DNA of 64,000 bases from Kudoa neothunni (taxonomy: Eukaryota; Animalia; Cnidaria), in NCBI GenBank assembly GCA_964304625.1, contig OZ199838.1, positions 13,211,843-13,275,842 on the forward strand. The letters run 5' to 3'. Under the pieces are notes generated by a model. The model was not told the DNA's origin and did not search any database. It saw only the letters and a list, made by a program, of their open reading frames with translations. Position numbers and translations under genes: made by a program. Below, piece after piece: positions 36,883 through 50,321 of this stretch (position 1 is the first letter of the stretch; each line of letters opens with the position of its first letter).

Positions 36883-39118
36883 TATTTGAAAAAATAAGAG
36901 TAATTTAAAACAGTTATAGAAGGATTATTGTTGTGTACTATCTAATAAATCATTAATACCATCATTTATACTAAGCTGCTCTATTGGGGGTCCTTGACTC
37001 AAACAAAAATTCTACGGCTTAGCATGTTTTGCACGTAGTGAACCGATCCTACGTAATCAGAATCTCTCTCGAAAACATCCGTGTGATTCGTGTACATTCA
37101 AAGTTGAAATAAGCCTGATACACAAATAATCATCTGATAAATTTCACTGAAATTATTTTTGTTATCTGCTATTTTCTATTTATTAGTATTTGAAATAAAA
37201 ACGTTAATTTTTTTATTTCAAATTTATTTATACATATATTAATTCTTAAAGTAAAATCTTAAACAATACAACGTAAATAAATTTAAAAATATTTTTATGT
37301 AAAAACGATAAACAAATTATATTGTAAAATTGGTTGAATTATAAAAAATTGTTTTATTTATTTTTTTAAGGAAACATAAGGTAAGTAAAAATTCAACCCT
37401 ATGTAGCGTCAAGATTAAGATTTTTTTGTTTGTTAAATTATTTCAGATTATTATACTTCAAATTAAAATCAATCGGTATTAAAAAATTATACGATCAAAA
37501 ATTTTACATTCGAGATTGATTCAAACATTATTTTCCTCATTTTATTTTTAAATATATAATTAAAACAAAAAACTATTTTATCTATAATTCAGCGCGAGAG
37601 ACTCTTCCATTCACACCTGATATTCTTCAGTAACATTAATATCTCTAGTTCATTCACATATTATGATTTATGAATATTTTTAACTTAAAAAGAGGCGGGG
37701 GTTGAACTAATTATTATCCAAAAAAGATAAGGGGGAAAAATCAAAACATTTAATTTATTATCAGTTATATTTATTCTATTTACATTTGTTTTCTTATTAA
37801 AGTAGTTCGCCTCTTTTTCTGTTAAATACAATTATAGTAAAAATATTTTTCTTGTCTAATAGTGAATTCATTTTTAAATCTCTTTTTTGAGAAGGGATGC
37901 GGAAACTAAAATGGATCGGGAAACGTTCGTTTATACTTATATAATGTATCTATCTTATTGGAAAAAATATGTATCCTAAAAATCAACCTCTTGTATTTTT
38001 TTGAAATTGAAGTTTTAAATATTTTTTATATATAAAGTATTTTTGGAACGTAAAAGAAAAAATTGGCGTCCTTCTTATTGATATAATACAAATTAATAAA
38101 AATTCTATAACTGAAAAACAAACCAAATAATAATTAATTTCACGTTTTGAAAGAATCAATTATTTTGAATCGTGTCATATTTTGACCGGCTATGACATAA
38201 ATATTAATTTCCAATTTTAACAATGATCGAAACGATTTAGGATTTTAGACTAGTGAGAAAATTTTATTCTTTTTACGGAGAATGTCATTTAGGATTTCTA
38301 CATTTGATATCTTCAAATGTTTCACATTAACTATCATAACGATTTTTAATGGAATATTTTCAAAATATTTATGATTTTGTAATTTTCTGCTAATTATCTT
38401 ACATTTTGACCTTTGATTGTGGCCATATTTCTACTTTTTTGAGAATAATGCTACATTGATCGACAGAATGCCTGAAAAATGTGCATAATTATGGAGCCAC
38501 GTGACTCCGGATATATATTTTTCATCATTTACGATCAATTATTTGAACAAAAATTACCATTAAATTGAGTATATTTGTTTTTAGAAACATTAGAAATATT
38601 TAGAACTATTATCAAATAACTTTTTAAAAGGTACGCGAAACCGATTACCGACTGTATGGCTTGGATGCGCCGGTTATGTTTTTAAAAAAATCAGATACAT
38701 ATTTTAAATTTTTAACCTCTGTGCCGAATGCTGCCATATAATACTTAATTTGATAATTTTCCTCATATATTTCAAAATTTTTTATTTTTTAAACTAAATA
38801 TTTTTGGGTTCTAAAAAATATATTCCTATCGCTTAATTCCCAGAAAAGAAAACCAAAAGCATTAAAAGCCATAATTAAAATAAAATTTACAAAAAGATTT
38901 GTTTATATCAACATATTCTATTAATAATATTAAGTGCAAATTATAAATTGTTACTCAATTTACGAAGATGAAGACGCTTACCTAATTCGAATTTAAATTT
39001 GAGAATAATGGATAAAATTTAAAAAAGGATCCATAATAAATAAAGCATATGCTTTATTTTATTATGCAGAAATGTTGACGCAATTAAAAACACAGGATGA
39101 AAGATAAACATGATAAAA

Positions 39119-42100
39119 TTACACAGTATTAGTATTAGTGGAAATTATGCTCGAAGAATGCACACTAATTAGTTTTTTATAAGTTTTTATCGAATCGTTC
39201 AATCGATTGAGCAACACATTCATAGCAATTGCATCGTTGGGGTCGGAAGTGTGTTTGGCGAGAAAGTCCAGTCGAGATAGAGTCAATTCTGCAAGATAGA
39301 AATAGGAATTGACAGTGTGATCAGGGTGTTGAGCATAACTAGATGTAACGCTGTCAAGCAATGAGATACACCATTGAGCAGCTTTATCAAGCCTTAATTC
39401 GAGTAGATAAGTTTGAATAAGTTTGCCAATGTTGTTTCGGGCAATAAGTTGTTCAAGCCACTCTGGCACAACAACTTGTTTGGCCATGAAAACCCTGACG
39501 AGATTGCACAACAGCTGAACTTGTTTCTGGTCGGTGACACAGTCGTAGCAATATTTTTGAAGATTGGAAAAATCAGTATAAGAGGGTGATGTCACAACTG
39601 TAGCAATATTAGATGTATCGCTATCGGGATGATCTAAGGATATTTCATGTAGTGCGACGGCATTGATAACATATTGGAGTAGATCTATGCTGTTGTATGC
39701 GTATTTGAAGGCCACATTAAACATGTTATATTTGATTAGATATTTCACCATTTCAACTGGTTGCACAATTGGGAAAGTGCCGGGAAGAAACTGTAGCGTT
39801 TTAAGTTTTTTTTCAATAGCCAAACAAGTATCACAGAATATCACCATTTGTTCAATATCATCGAGGGTGATAATAGTTTTGGGTGTGAGATGGAATTCAT
39901 TGATCATAACTTGAATAGTGCGTTCTTCGTGTGAGACCGAAAGAGGAAGTTTAACGGCGTTATTTGGTTCCGACACAGATTCGTCACAATCATCGATAAT
40001 GCTAACATTTACTAGTTCGCTTAAAGTGTGTGCAAAATGAGTCAGGGCTTCGATGGTTTGTCTTTCAACATACCAATACTTCAACAGACATCCGTCGTAC
40101 AGCTTGTAATAGGCTGTAACGCAGAAAAATGCCGCCAACTCAAACAGCCGCATTGCAATACAGAATTCGGAGCACTGTTTGGCATAATTGATGATCGAGT
40201 CATGTGTAGATACATCCAGCACAGTCTGTTTGAGTACGCTTATAACCAATGGTAGGAATTCACCAAAATTAACGTCGACAAGTCGACATGCACCATCCGA
40301 GTCCATAATAGCATTACAAATTGTGGATATATTTTGAATGCGGATTTTAGTGTCACAATAGAAAAGACTGAGCAAATCTAGAGCCTCGCGGAAATTGTTC
40401 ATCTGAATGTAGCACATGAATTTCACATCAAGAAGTTTATTATATATGGGATTATCACTGAGGTAACAACTGTCATCACCATCACGAGAAACCCCCGTAA
40501 CATTGGGCATATTGATGTGGGTTGATTCCAGTCCATTGGACATTTTTAGGATGGGTGCGGACAATCCAACGGTCACCAAATCCAATAACAACCCAGGTTG
40601 GGGATGTTTTGAGTTGGTAAAGTCCGCAATCATGCAATCCAAAAAGTTGCCAAAAAATTCATCATCATATTTTGAGACATCATTCTTGAGTTGACTTTCA
40701 CTCACCAAATCGATGAATGCTCGAAGTAGTTCAACGTAGAAGATTTTGGCGTAAGAGTAATTATTCAACTTGACCAATGTACGTGCTATGTACAACTGTA
40801 ACTGAAGAATGTGAGCGTTGAACTTGGAGAATTCTTTGACAACTGTAGAGTCTGGGCCAGTCAGCATCAAGTTATTGCCTCCATCAATGCAACGGAGCTG
40901 AAACCACAGAGATATCATTGAAAAACAATGAAACAAGTTTTGTTCATAATGATAGCTGTTGTAGAGTCTTTCAGCAACTAAGGGTGTAAAAAATGAACCA
41001 ATTATTGTTTTTATTGTTCCGCCACCTAAGCGCACAACTACATCACTGTTATCAACAATTTTAGCATGAGTCGGAGTTGACGTTGCAGCGAACCACCAAC
41101 AATTAACACAACCAGCACAAACAATAGCCATTGATGTGCAGGAGGTGGCCCATTGTTTGACAACATGACAACCATCTAAAACTTCATTTAGAGGTTGCAT
41201 ATTAAAGCTGCTAAAGTCGTTTGTTGAGCAAAAATCGGAGTGTTTTCGCTGGACATAATTATCTTTGAAGTGACCAGCAGAGGACAATAATTGTTCACTA
41301 TTAGTTGTAGTGTTGCTGTTGTCATGTGCACACATCCAATCACTGCACAATTTAAGGCATTGTCCATAGAAGTTGAATAACACACGCACACGTTGAATTA
41401 TTGTTTGATATATAAAGGAGTTATTGCTGTTGTTGTTGTTGTTAGTGTTGGCGATGAGTGTGAGGTCGCAATCGATTTCCTTTTCCAACACATTGTAATA
41501 AACCATCAACAGCTGCGATGCAATAAGGAATTGATACCAACAGAAAAGGTTCAAGTGGGAGCTGAGAATTTGTGAGAGAATACAATAACCGAGCTGGTGT
41601 GTTTCCATATTGGTATCGGTTACCAAATCGATACTAAGCGACGAAAAGTTATTAACGTTGTTGGTCTGATCTGAATTATACTGATTATGCAGGTCGACAT
41701 CACCACCTTCACTATTCTTGAAAATATTGCTACTCTCAACAAACAACTGGATAAGAGAAAAAATATCTTCGATGTGTTCTTTATCGATGTTTACCATCGA
41801 AATATCATTATCTTTATCATCATTGTTCTTTTTGTTATTTGAGGATATTAATTGTCTGAGAAATTCGCAAACTCTTTCAAAGTGTTTGTCGTCTGAAGCT
41901 TTATTGTAATTAGTGTAGTTTTTGGTCATAAGTTCACGATCATTGATCATTCGATTGGTTTGGTTAGTGATGAGCTGTAGGTTTTTAAACACCACATACC
42001 TATCAGGAATATCCATAATTTTGCTAAAGTCAAAAATGACATTGGACGGGTGACGTCGAAGAGAATCTTTTTTGAGCAACTCGAAACTGTTCAACCAACC

Positions 42101-43987
42101 AAACACTCTCAGTCCACACAGATCATGGGTGTTTATGATGTAGCCGCCGAATTTAGGGTAGTAAAAGAGTTGGGTGGGGACAGAGAAAATTTGGGATGAG
42201 ATTTCATTGTTGGCCGTCAGAATGGTCATATAGATTCGTTGCCACACTTTAAGTGCAACCATATTTGGTGAGATTTTTTGTGGATTGTCAGCCAAACACG
42301 AACTACTTCCAAGCGAACGGGAAGCTTCAACCGAAAAACAGTTGATCTGACCAAATTTTGAAGCTATCTCATTTTCAACAATTTCCACCAACACACTCTT
42401 GATATTGGTGGTGGTTAGAAGTGTGGTTTGGTTGTGGGTGATAGCTGAGTTGATAGCACCGTAAGATTTGCCATATGTTTCCAAAGTGTTGACAATCGAT
42501 TGGAATAGAATCGAACTGTTGGAAAAGATTTTATATAGATAGTAGGAATGGATTTCATCCACCGAATTGAAAATTAAGGCTAACTTTGATATATCATCGC
42601 CATCTTGAAATAATGCATTCTCCAAAACATCAAACCCACTAACAAACACGATTTCGACTGTGGATGTTTTCTGTCGTGTGAAGAAGTATGAGCAGTAGTA
42701 ACAAACTTGATCGTTTTCAGTAGTTCCGACCAAAACAAGAGCGTACTCTTTACGCGTATCATTGATATCAGTTGTTGGTGGTTGCATAGTTGAGTCGTTT
42801 TTTGTTGGTACAACTAAGCAATCCATCACATAACAAACAGCATCTGCACAACAAAGAGGTGCATTCACAAACCAGCAGTTCTCATCACACGAGAATCCAT
42901 AAACATATAGAACGCCACAGTGATGTACAAACACTTGAATGTTGTTATCAAATTTGAAAACTTTCACAAACGAATTAGAATATTCCACCACAATATTGCT
43001 GTTGTTAATAGATGATGAAGCATTGAGAATAGATTGTGGTTGACCATTGTTGGATTGGCTAAGGTGTGCGGACAAAGTTTGCCTGTAGATTTCCTCACGA
43101 CCTTCACCGCTATAATCTTCCACAACCAAACTATTGTCCGAATATAACACCACGACCTTGCTATCATCCAATTGTTTTGCAGCTATCACACTAGGTTTTT
43201 TGCAGATTAGCGACATTATCGACGTGATACTCCTTTGAGCGAATCCTTGTGGTTCATACACATAAGGTAGTTCTGTTAGAATGATATCGTTGCTATGGTT
43301 TAGATGAATTCGGTAGAATGTCATTTTGCTTTTGATCACATTGAAAATAACCATCTGATAGGTGTCATCGATGTGATCCAATTTTCTCACATCAACTACC
43401 AGATCGCTACCAAATATAGGATCGGTATTTTGGTCTGGTAACTTAGCAACTTTTTTACCAGCATGAAAAAACAACCGATCGCCCTTAAAATTGAAACTGC
43501 TGCTATTGATAAGTGGACTTAGCAAGGATTTCTCGCCAAAATTCTTGTATGTAACAATGTTTAACCAACACTTGGTTCCAAATATCACAAACACATTTTC
43601 TTTTAATGTGTTAATGTGAAATAGATTCAAAAATTGGTTTGAAACGTTGGTTGAATAACTAAGAGCAAAGGTCACACTTGGAATGTGCTCAGTCAAAGTT
43701 TTGGTCAAATTATTTTCAAATATCATTAAACGATTGTCTTTCAGGATGTGATAATGAACCAATGTGTCCGATGAAATACCATTATCTCGGTTTCTCTCTA
43801 TCAACATCGATCCAGAACACTCCAATTTTCCACGAATTTCGTCATTGTGAAAAGAAAATCTGTGTTGAGCACGAAATATGTTGTTATCCAATGGATTGCA
43901 ATCAAATACAATAGTCTCGTGACTCAAATCATTATGTATATAGCCCAAATCATATATCGAACTTCTCACTTTGGGAGTGGTTGTCAT
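39119..43987 (-). CDS. NUP160: Nup160-like nucleoporin (1622 aa, intronless)
   Basis: Beta-rich N-terminal half and helical C-terminal half. The C-terminal VPEWLEQLIARNNIGKLIQTYLLELRLDKAAQWC resembles the Nup160 LPxWL...ELLRLYL...LEEA motif. Highly diverged, so the assignment is by recalled pattern. Confidence 0.65.
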   Translation of the reverse strand: MTTTPKVRSSIYDLGYIHNDLSHETIVFDCNPLDNNIFRAQHRFSFHNDEIRGKLECSGSMLIERNRDNGISSDTLVHYHILKDNRLMIFENNLTKTLTEHIPSVTFALSYSTNVSNQFLNLFHINTLKENVFVIFGTKCWLNIVTYKNFGEKSLLSPLINSSSFNFKGDRLFFHAGKKVAKLPDQNTDPIFGSDLVVDVRKLDHIDDTYQMVIFNVIKSKMTFYRIHLNHSNDIILTELPYVYEPQGFAQRSITSIMSLICKKPSVIAAKQLDDSKVVVLYSDNSLVVEDYSGEGREEIYRQTLSAHLSQSNNGQPQSILNASSSINNSNIVVEYSNSFVKVFKFDNNIQVFVHHCGVLYVYGFSCDENCWFVNAPLCCADAVCYVMDCLVVPTKNDSTMQPPTTDINDTRKEYALVLVGTTENDQVCYYCSYFFTRQKTSTVEIVFVSGFDVLENALFQDGDDISKLALIFNSVDEIHSYYLYKIFSNSSILFQSIVNTLETYGKSYGAINSAITHNQTTLLTTTNIKSVLVEIVENEIASKFGQINCFSVEASRSLGSSSCLADNPQKISPNMVALKVWQRIYMTILTANNEISSQIFSVPTQLFYYPKFGGYIINTHDLCGLRVFGWLNSFELLKKDSLRRHPSNVIFDFSKIMDIPDRYVVFKNLQLITNQTNRMINDRELMTKNYTNYNKASDDKHFERVCEFLRQLISSNNKKNNDDKDNDISMVNIDKEHIEDIFSLIQLFVESSNIFKNSEGGDVDLHNQYNSDQTNNVNNFSSLSIDLVTDTNMETHQLGYCILSQILSSHLNLFCWYQFLIASQLLMVYYNVLEKEIDCDLTLIANTNNNNNSNNSFIYQTIIQRVRVLFNFYGQCLKLCSDWMCAHDNSNTTTNSEQLLSSAGHFKDNYVQRKHSDFCSTNDFSSFNMQPLNEVLDGCHVVKQWATSCTSMAIVCAGCVNCWWFAATSTPTHAKIVDNSDVVVRLGGGTIKTIIGSFFTPLVAERLYNSYHYEQNLFHCFSMISLWFQLRCIDGGNNLMLTGPDSTVVKEFSKFNAHILQLQLYIARTLVKLNNYSYAKIFYVELLRAFIDLVSESQLKNDVSKYDDEFFGNFLDCMIADFTNSKHPQPGLLLDLVTVGLSAPILKMSNGLESTHINMPNVTGVSRDGDDSCYLSDNPIYNKLLDVKFMCYIQMNNFREALDLLSLFYCDTKIRIQNISTICNAIMDSDGACRLVDVNFGEFLPLVISVLKQTVLDVSTHDSIINYAKQCSEFCIAMRLFELAAFFCVTAYYKLYDGCLLKYWYVERQTIEALTHFAHTLSELVNVSIIDDCDESVSEPNNAVKLPLSVSHEERTIQVMINEFHLTPKTIITLDDIEQMVIFCDTCLAIEKKLKTLQFLPGTFPIVQPVEMVKYLIKYNMFNVAFKYAYNSIDLLQYVINAVALHEISLDHPDSDTSNIATVVTSPSYTDFSNLQKYCYDCVTDQKQVQLLCNLVRVFMAKQVVVPEWLEQLIARNNIGKLIQTYLLELRLDKAAQWCISLLDSVTSSYAQHPDHTVNSYFYLAELTLSRLDFLAKHTSDPNDAIAMNVLLNRLNDSIKTYKKLISVHSSSIISTNTNTV

Positions 43988-44654
43988 TTCACCGACGTTT
44001 ATGCAAAGGTGCTCAATGCGTGCGCACTGGCGGTTCTACTTTTATTATTCACCCATTATATCTTTTAAACAATTAAAAATTTCATATTAAAAGATCAATT
44101 CGTTAATAATTTTTTAATATATTCTGAAATAATGTTGTTGTCAATGATTATTTTGACATTTGATTTGCGTTAAATGATCCGCCTGGGATTATTGTTTTAC
44201 CACTGTGTTAATCGTTTAACTCCCAAAAGATGAAATAATTTTTTCTTATGAACAACAAAAACGTTAACCATTATCTGAATGGTATCAATAATTAAATTTG
44301 GTTTGATATGATCTGAATAGTTATTACTATAATTTACATATCAACATTTTCTTTTATTCGTGCATATAGGCCTGAATAAATTAAGGCTCAAGTGTGTAAT
44401 TTTAAAAATAGTTAATTATTTTCGGCTTTTAAAAAATTAACAATGAGTTAATAACATTCAACATCAGTGTTTTCTATCGTAGAAATTGTACTTGAAATTT
44501 AAAATAAGAAGTGGTAGGGTTATGATGGATGTTAGAAATGCGTTAATGCCATTGGAAATTAAATTAATGGGCATAAATATCAATAAACCTATTTTGTTGG
44601 TGAATTTTGGTTGAACTGTTTTTCAATATTTATTGGAAGTGGATATTGGCATGG

Positions 44655-44800
44655 TAAATAATATTCAAGTGTCATTAGTTTTTATTATTTTTAATCATTT
44701 CCAGCCCTAAAACCAGACCAGAAAGAATTCAAAATAGCAGATTCTAAAAAATTAAATCTATAAACAGCTTGTAAATGGGAGTGGCTGAGATCAAAAATTC
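44655..44800. repeat. Partial inverted copy of the adjacent hAT MITE interior
   Basis: gtcattagtttttattatttttaat...ctaaaaaattaaat...acagctt is the reverse complement of ~45100-45230. Confidence 0.65.
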
Positions 44801-44927
44801 CTGCTGCGCAAGCGTACATGTGATTTGAGATTAAATTGTACCGTGCCAATAACTTGTCTTTATTTATTTGACATTATTTTTTAAACGCAAAATTAGATGA
44901 ACTAATATGAGATTATATTGATTAGGT

Positions 44928-45522
44928 CAGGGGTTCTTAACCGTTTTTTTCAAATTTACCCCCTTAACTTGAAAGCCAAATTCATATTTACTTTAAGGTT
45001 TCATAACGGTTTAGCTCTAGCAGAGGCTAAATTATAATCCTAAAAGGCATGCACAGTTGTGCAATGATAATTTTTAGTCCCATCAACTCAACTCTTACTC
45101 ATAAGCTGTGTATAAATTTAATTTTTTAGATTTTTCTAAATTACATGATCTCTTGTCTCTTCCTCCGGCCTTAGGGCTAGAAATAATTAAAAATAATAAA
45201 AACTAATGACATTTGAATATTATTTATCGTGAAAATAATCATTTACGTATTATTATTGGGCTACACCATTAAAAGATAAACGAGTCATAAAAGAAAAGAA
45301 CTGGTAATAGCTTTATAAATAACTGTTCAATACCTATTTCTAAAAACATTTTAAGCATATCCGCCTAATTCTTATTGAGGTTAATTACTCTGTGTAATAT
45401 AATTCCATAGAAATCCTGAAGTACCTCACAAACCTACAATTCAAAAATAGCCCCTATCCAATTTGGATGTTACTTAATTTACCACCTGCGATTTAAATTT
45501 TACCCCCAGTTGAGAACTCCTA
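44928..45522. mobile_element. hAT-type MITE (uninterrupted copy)
   Basis: Ends CAGGGGTTCTTAACC / TAGGAGTTCTCAACT. Homologous along its length to 9903-10072 plus 12572-12986. Confidence 0.85.
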
Positions 45523-46190
45523 TTTTAGATTATTCTGGTGAAATTTTAAACAATAATATGCTGTGAAACAAATAAAAGAATGGATCAATGTGATTTATCT
45601 TGATATTTACTTTGTGAATAATTATTTTTAAATGAAAATAGGAAATAGAAAACATTGAATTGTTAATGATAATTTGTAAATTTTAATAAAGTCCCAATTT
45701 GGACAACGTCAGAAAAACGTGTAATCAGCATATTTTTTCGATATTCATAATTTGTGTTTTCCCGTTAGATATGACAAATATATCATTACTAAGGTTATTC
45801 GAATTTTCAACATGGGTATTTTTGATAAATAAGTTAATATAAATCCAGAGAATGATCTGTCTACCGCCCTCAAGAAAAGAGCCACGATTCTATAGTATAG
45901 TTCAAAAAAAAAAAACAAAAATTAATTTACTCAATTTATAGAATTATTTTATTTATTCGTATTATTTACATTTTTATTTAAAAGAAATACTTTTTCAGTA
46001 GGACATGCGTGGCGTTTAACACAAGATTAGTTATCGTAATGGCACTCATAATTTACTGTCTGCTTAGTTTTGATATGGGGTGCGAGACCCATAACGAATG
46101 AGGAATAACTGGTTTACAATTCTATAAAAACCAAACAATTACCGATTTATATAAAATAATAATTTTTCAATTGATGAACTATTAGTTCTC

Positions 46191-49100
46191 TCATAGTTCT
46201 TTGTAAAACAATTTCTTCCTCGATAGTAGGACAAATCCTATTGAAACAGCTACGAGAGCGGCGACCACAACCAAAACTATTATTCTAAATACACACAAAT
46301 GACTTCAATAGCAACAAGTATTAAAAATAATTTTACATGACAATTTTTTTGGAGCTAAAATAAAAACATAAATAAATATAAATATTAAATATAACTCAGT
46401 TACCCAGAACTACTTTTTGCACCTAAAACAATGATTAAAAATATATCAATGTAACCGAAAAATACCTTGTTTAATTTCGGCAACCCCAAAAATTGACGAA
46501 TCATGTGAACTGTAGACGTTTAAATGATAATCATTCTCATCTTTTAACCCACTAATAGTGAAATGTGTGCATAGTGGGAAGGATTCACAACTTTCGGTAG
46601 TGACCTCCATACAAGATTTCACTAATTCTCTTGGATCCACACTAGAGTTAAACAATTCCCATCTACATGTTCCTGACTCAGTCGTGCCAAGGGGAAGCAT
46701 AGTTTCCACGTTAAACATCTCGCCATCTCTGGTTATTTTGACCTCTATTGTCTTGCCATTCTCTGTAGGATGTAATACTTGAGAGGGCACTAATTAAATT
46801 ATTAACTTAACCATTTATGTAATTCAAAATTATTCATGTTGATAATATTAATTATTTCAATCGCAACTTTTTACTTTTTTTAAATTCAGCAACCCCATAT
46901 ATGGTTGGATTCTGTGAGTTGTAAACTGTTAAATGGTAACCATAGGAAGCAGATAATCCACGAATAGTGAAATTTTTGCATGATGGAAACTTTTCACAGC
47001 CATCAAAGCCCTCTCCAATGCAAGACTGGACTACCGCCTTTGACTTGCAATCTCGATTACGCAGTATCCATTTACAACTATCTGAGTGTTCCACTTCTGC
47101 TGGAAGTTTATTTTCAACGAGGACTACCTCCCCAACCCATGTCACATTTACCTCAATCAGTTTATCTTTATCTTTAGGATCCCTAGCTAGGGGTGCTAAA
47201 AAAGAATGTCAATATGATGTTAGTAATTACGTAGTAGGTTTATAATAATCAATTCCATTTACAATAATTTAAAAATTATGTATATAAACACATCTATAAA
47301 CGAATTCGATGCCGCTCATTCCGTAATATTTCATTTAAAACTTTATTAAATGTTTACACCATACTTAGAAAATTTGATAGCATCCCATATGAAGTTAATG
47401 AGTACCAAAATTTCGCAGGATTAAAAAATTGTATGTGATAATTATGAAATAATATAATAAATTAATAAAACCATTCTAAAGCAACTACATATAGTTGGTA
47501 TCGCCTTTCCTTAACAACAAGAATCAATTTTTATAAAGTGGATATAATTGGTCAAATTAAATAGATTTTCTTCGCAAATTATGCTGCAATTTATTTCATA
47601 ATTATACTGTAAAAAAAAATTTTGTTAACAAAAATAAATAATGATTTTAACGATTTAAATAAAGCAATATTTTATACTCCAATATAAAGGATTTTAAATC
47701 AATTTCGCTTTAATTATTACTAAATAAATTATAGCATAATCAAATAGTAATAAAATATATTTTAAATCAGTTATTTGTTTAGCTAATCCTTTCTCTGAGA
47801 AAAAGAATGACTTAATAAACCTGGTATGATTCATAAATTTAACCAATTTCGTTGGCTACATTTAACCAGGTTTTTCCTTCTTAGTATCAGTAAACTTTAA
47901 TAATGATAATTTTTCGAGATCAAAACCTAATTCAGTCTAATTACCTGGTGGTAAAATAATTTCTTCTGATTTGGATTTTCCAATCGCTTTTACAATTATT
48001 TGGTAACCATGATTTGCGTCGTAATCATCAAATACAATAGAACTACATTTTGGTTGGAACGAACAAGTCTTCCATTTATCAGTAGATGAAGAATAATTTT
48101 GGGTAGTTTCTGAGTCATTTATTATACCAGTTGGAATATTAATACTCGAGATTTGTGACCTTGTGGTTTGGCGTGGTTCGTTAGTCGTTAATTTCATCGA
48201 AGAAAACAATGTGCGTGAAATCTCCGATTCCTTTCTAGTAATTGAGGACATTTTGGCGGATTGTTCAATTGGAGCCAAGCATGTATACATTATATTATAA
48301 TGGCTGCTTTCTTCAACCATTATCATATACTCACAGATTGAGTGTGGGTCACCGGAAGATAGTTCTGCTTTTAGTTCAAGGCCTCGGAGAGTGAAATTGG
48401 AAGTTATGGTTAACGACGCTAACTCTTTAAAAAATGAAGCAAACGCGTTATCAAAAATATATACCTGTTGAGATGTTGGGAAGTAAAATTGTACCCATAT
48501 GATAGTCCGCAATAATTTTTACGTCATATCGAGTATTTGGTTCGAGATCTATTAAAGTCACTTCATCTGTACAAAACTCTCTACAAGGATTTCCTGTTTC
48601 GCATGTTGCAGCGTAATACATATCTTTTCCAGCTGGACTTATGTGGTATTCACAGCTAACTTCTGTTGAGCGGTCTTTCGGTGAGCCACCGGAGTTTGCG
48701 ACAATGAAAATGCTTGAATCTGTTGTCGCTGAAACTTTCGGTTCGGGCGATATTGCAATGTTTTTACCTTTGTGGAATTAATACGTGTAGTTTTTCAGTA
48801 TATTACCTGTAGTGAATAATATCCGTTCTACAAAATCAACACGGTTGTTTATCCCGATGATAGAAATTTCAAGCATATATGATGTGGCTTGATTGAGACG
48901 TTTAAGAACCAGTTTACTACAATCTGTTTTGCAATAAATTGTACTACCAACTTGTTTTGAATTATCATCTCTACAAACTGCTGAATATGGTGAAAATGGT
49001 CTTAAGTCAGTGGCAGTATAATATTTGAGGCTGCACTGAGTTATTGAACTTCCTCCTTTAAACAATTCACCATCAAACGTAACACCCTCGTCCGTGATTT

Positions 49101-50321
49101 CTGATAATAATCCTGCACCTCCTTCGTTTGTAGCTACATAAATTTATCGGCATGATTATAAATAAATAAATACCAATTTTGGTTGCATAATATCCTTCAA
49201 CGTCATCGCTAGACACTTTTGACAGATCATGATGTCTCGTTTGAATCAATACTTTGTACAAATCTTGTTCCGTAGTAACACTGAGCTCAACATCTTTACA
49301 AGGCGCATAACAATAACCATCCGTATTACCACATTTAGATTCGTAATATTTCGAGTTGCCCTCAGCCTTGGCACCTTTAATTCTGAAAACGCAAATTTCT
49401 GAAAGTGGTGAGTTTGAGAATTTGATAACAACTTGATTCCCTTTACCAGCCTTTTTTGCCACATAATATTGAGGTTGGTAAGCAGCGATATTATTCATTA
49501 TATAGTTATTTGGCATTTTGTAAAAGAAGGAAGGATATTTTTCACATCTCATCTCGTAATAAGGATAAAAATAACTCAAATTAACGTCGTTGTCGGTATT
49601 AAACGCAACGCATGATGAAGCTTTTGATCCCATTGCATATTTTGCTTCTTTGTAGTAAATGGGGCAATCAACGGGAAAACATGTTTTAGTTGAAAAACCT
49701 AGTTTATTATTGTTCTTTATAGAGATTTTAACCTGGGGATCAACTATTAACGCTAAAAAGATGTCAAAGTAAATTATATTCTAATATTTTCTTACGTATG
49801 GATAAACCATAAACTTTTCCTCCTTTTACATACTTGCCTATGTTAACTATGTTAACATTGTTATTTGGATTATCCGATAATACATATATAAAGTTGGTTC
49901 GAGGTGAAAGTTTATCAAAAGTTAGAAGGTTTGTTTCACCTGCACAATTTCTGACACATTTTCTATTAGGAGTTTTTGTGTCACTTTGCGGACAATTATT
50001 AATATCTGCAAAGCTAGCCACTGTATGTCGATTAGACAAAATTTTCTCTGCCTCATTGGATCTTTGTATCATACACTTTCTTGTGCTATCGTAATCATTG
50101 CCTTTTAATAAAAGTTTTATTCGGTTTGAATAACTATCATCTATTGATTTAATAATCTGATATGTTAAAGTGTTTGTGGAAAAAGTTAGTTTAGAATGGG
50201 AAGGAATATTTGATTGGTGGTAGACACCAAAATTGACTATTAAAACCACTAAATGGAATATATGGGTTTCCTATAGATAAAATAATATACAGTTAAATGT
50301 CCAAAGTACTGATGCAACCAT
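46191..50321 (-). CDS. Type I membrane protein with ~7 Cys-containing FN3-like repeats and a ~10-aa tail
   Basis: ATG-only first exon and signal-like METHIFHLVVLIVNFG. Seven domain-sized exons are separated by phase-1 introns, most ending in an LxPxTxY-like motif (LSPRTNF, LNQATSY, LEPNTRY, GLSASYGY, GLKDENDY). Two micro-exons follow, then TM IIIVLVVVAALVAVSIGFVLL and tail SRKKLFYKEL*. Confidence 0.8.

Noticed and set aside
39663-44068. Short antisense and alternate-frame ORFs over the Nup160-like gene (likewise over the FN3, ADAM and UBQLN genes)
   Set aside because: Shadow ORFs of real coding sequence with no recognisable motifs.
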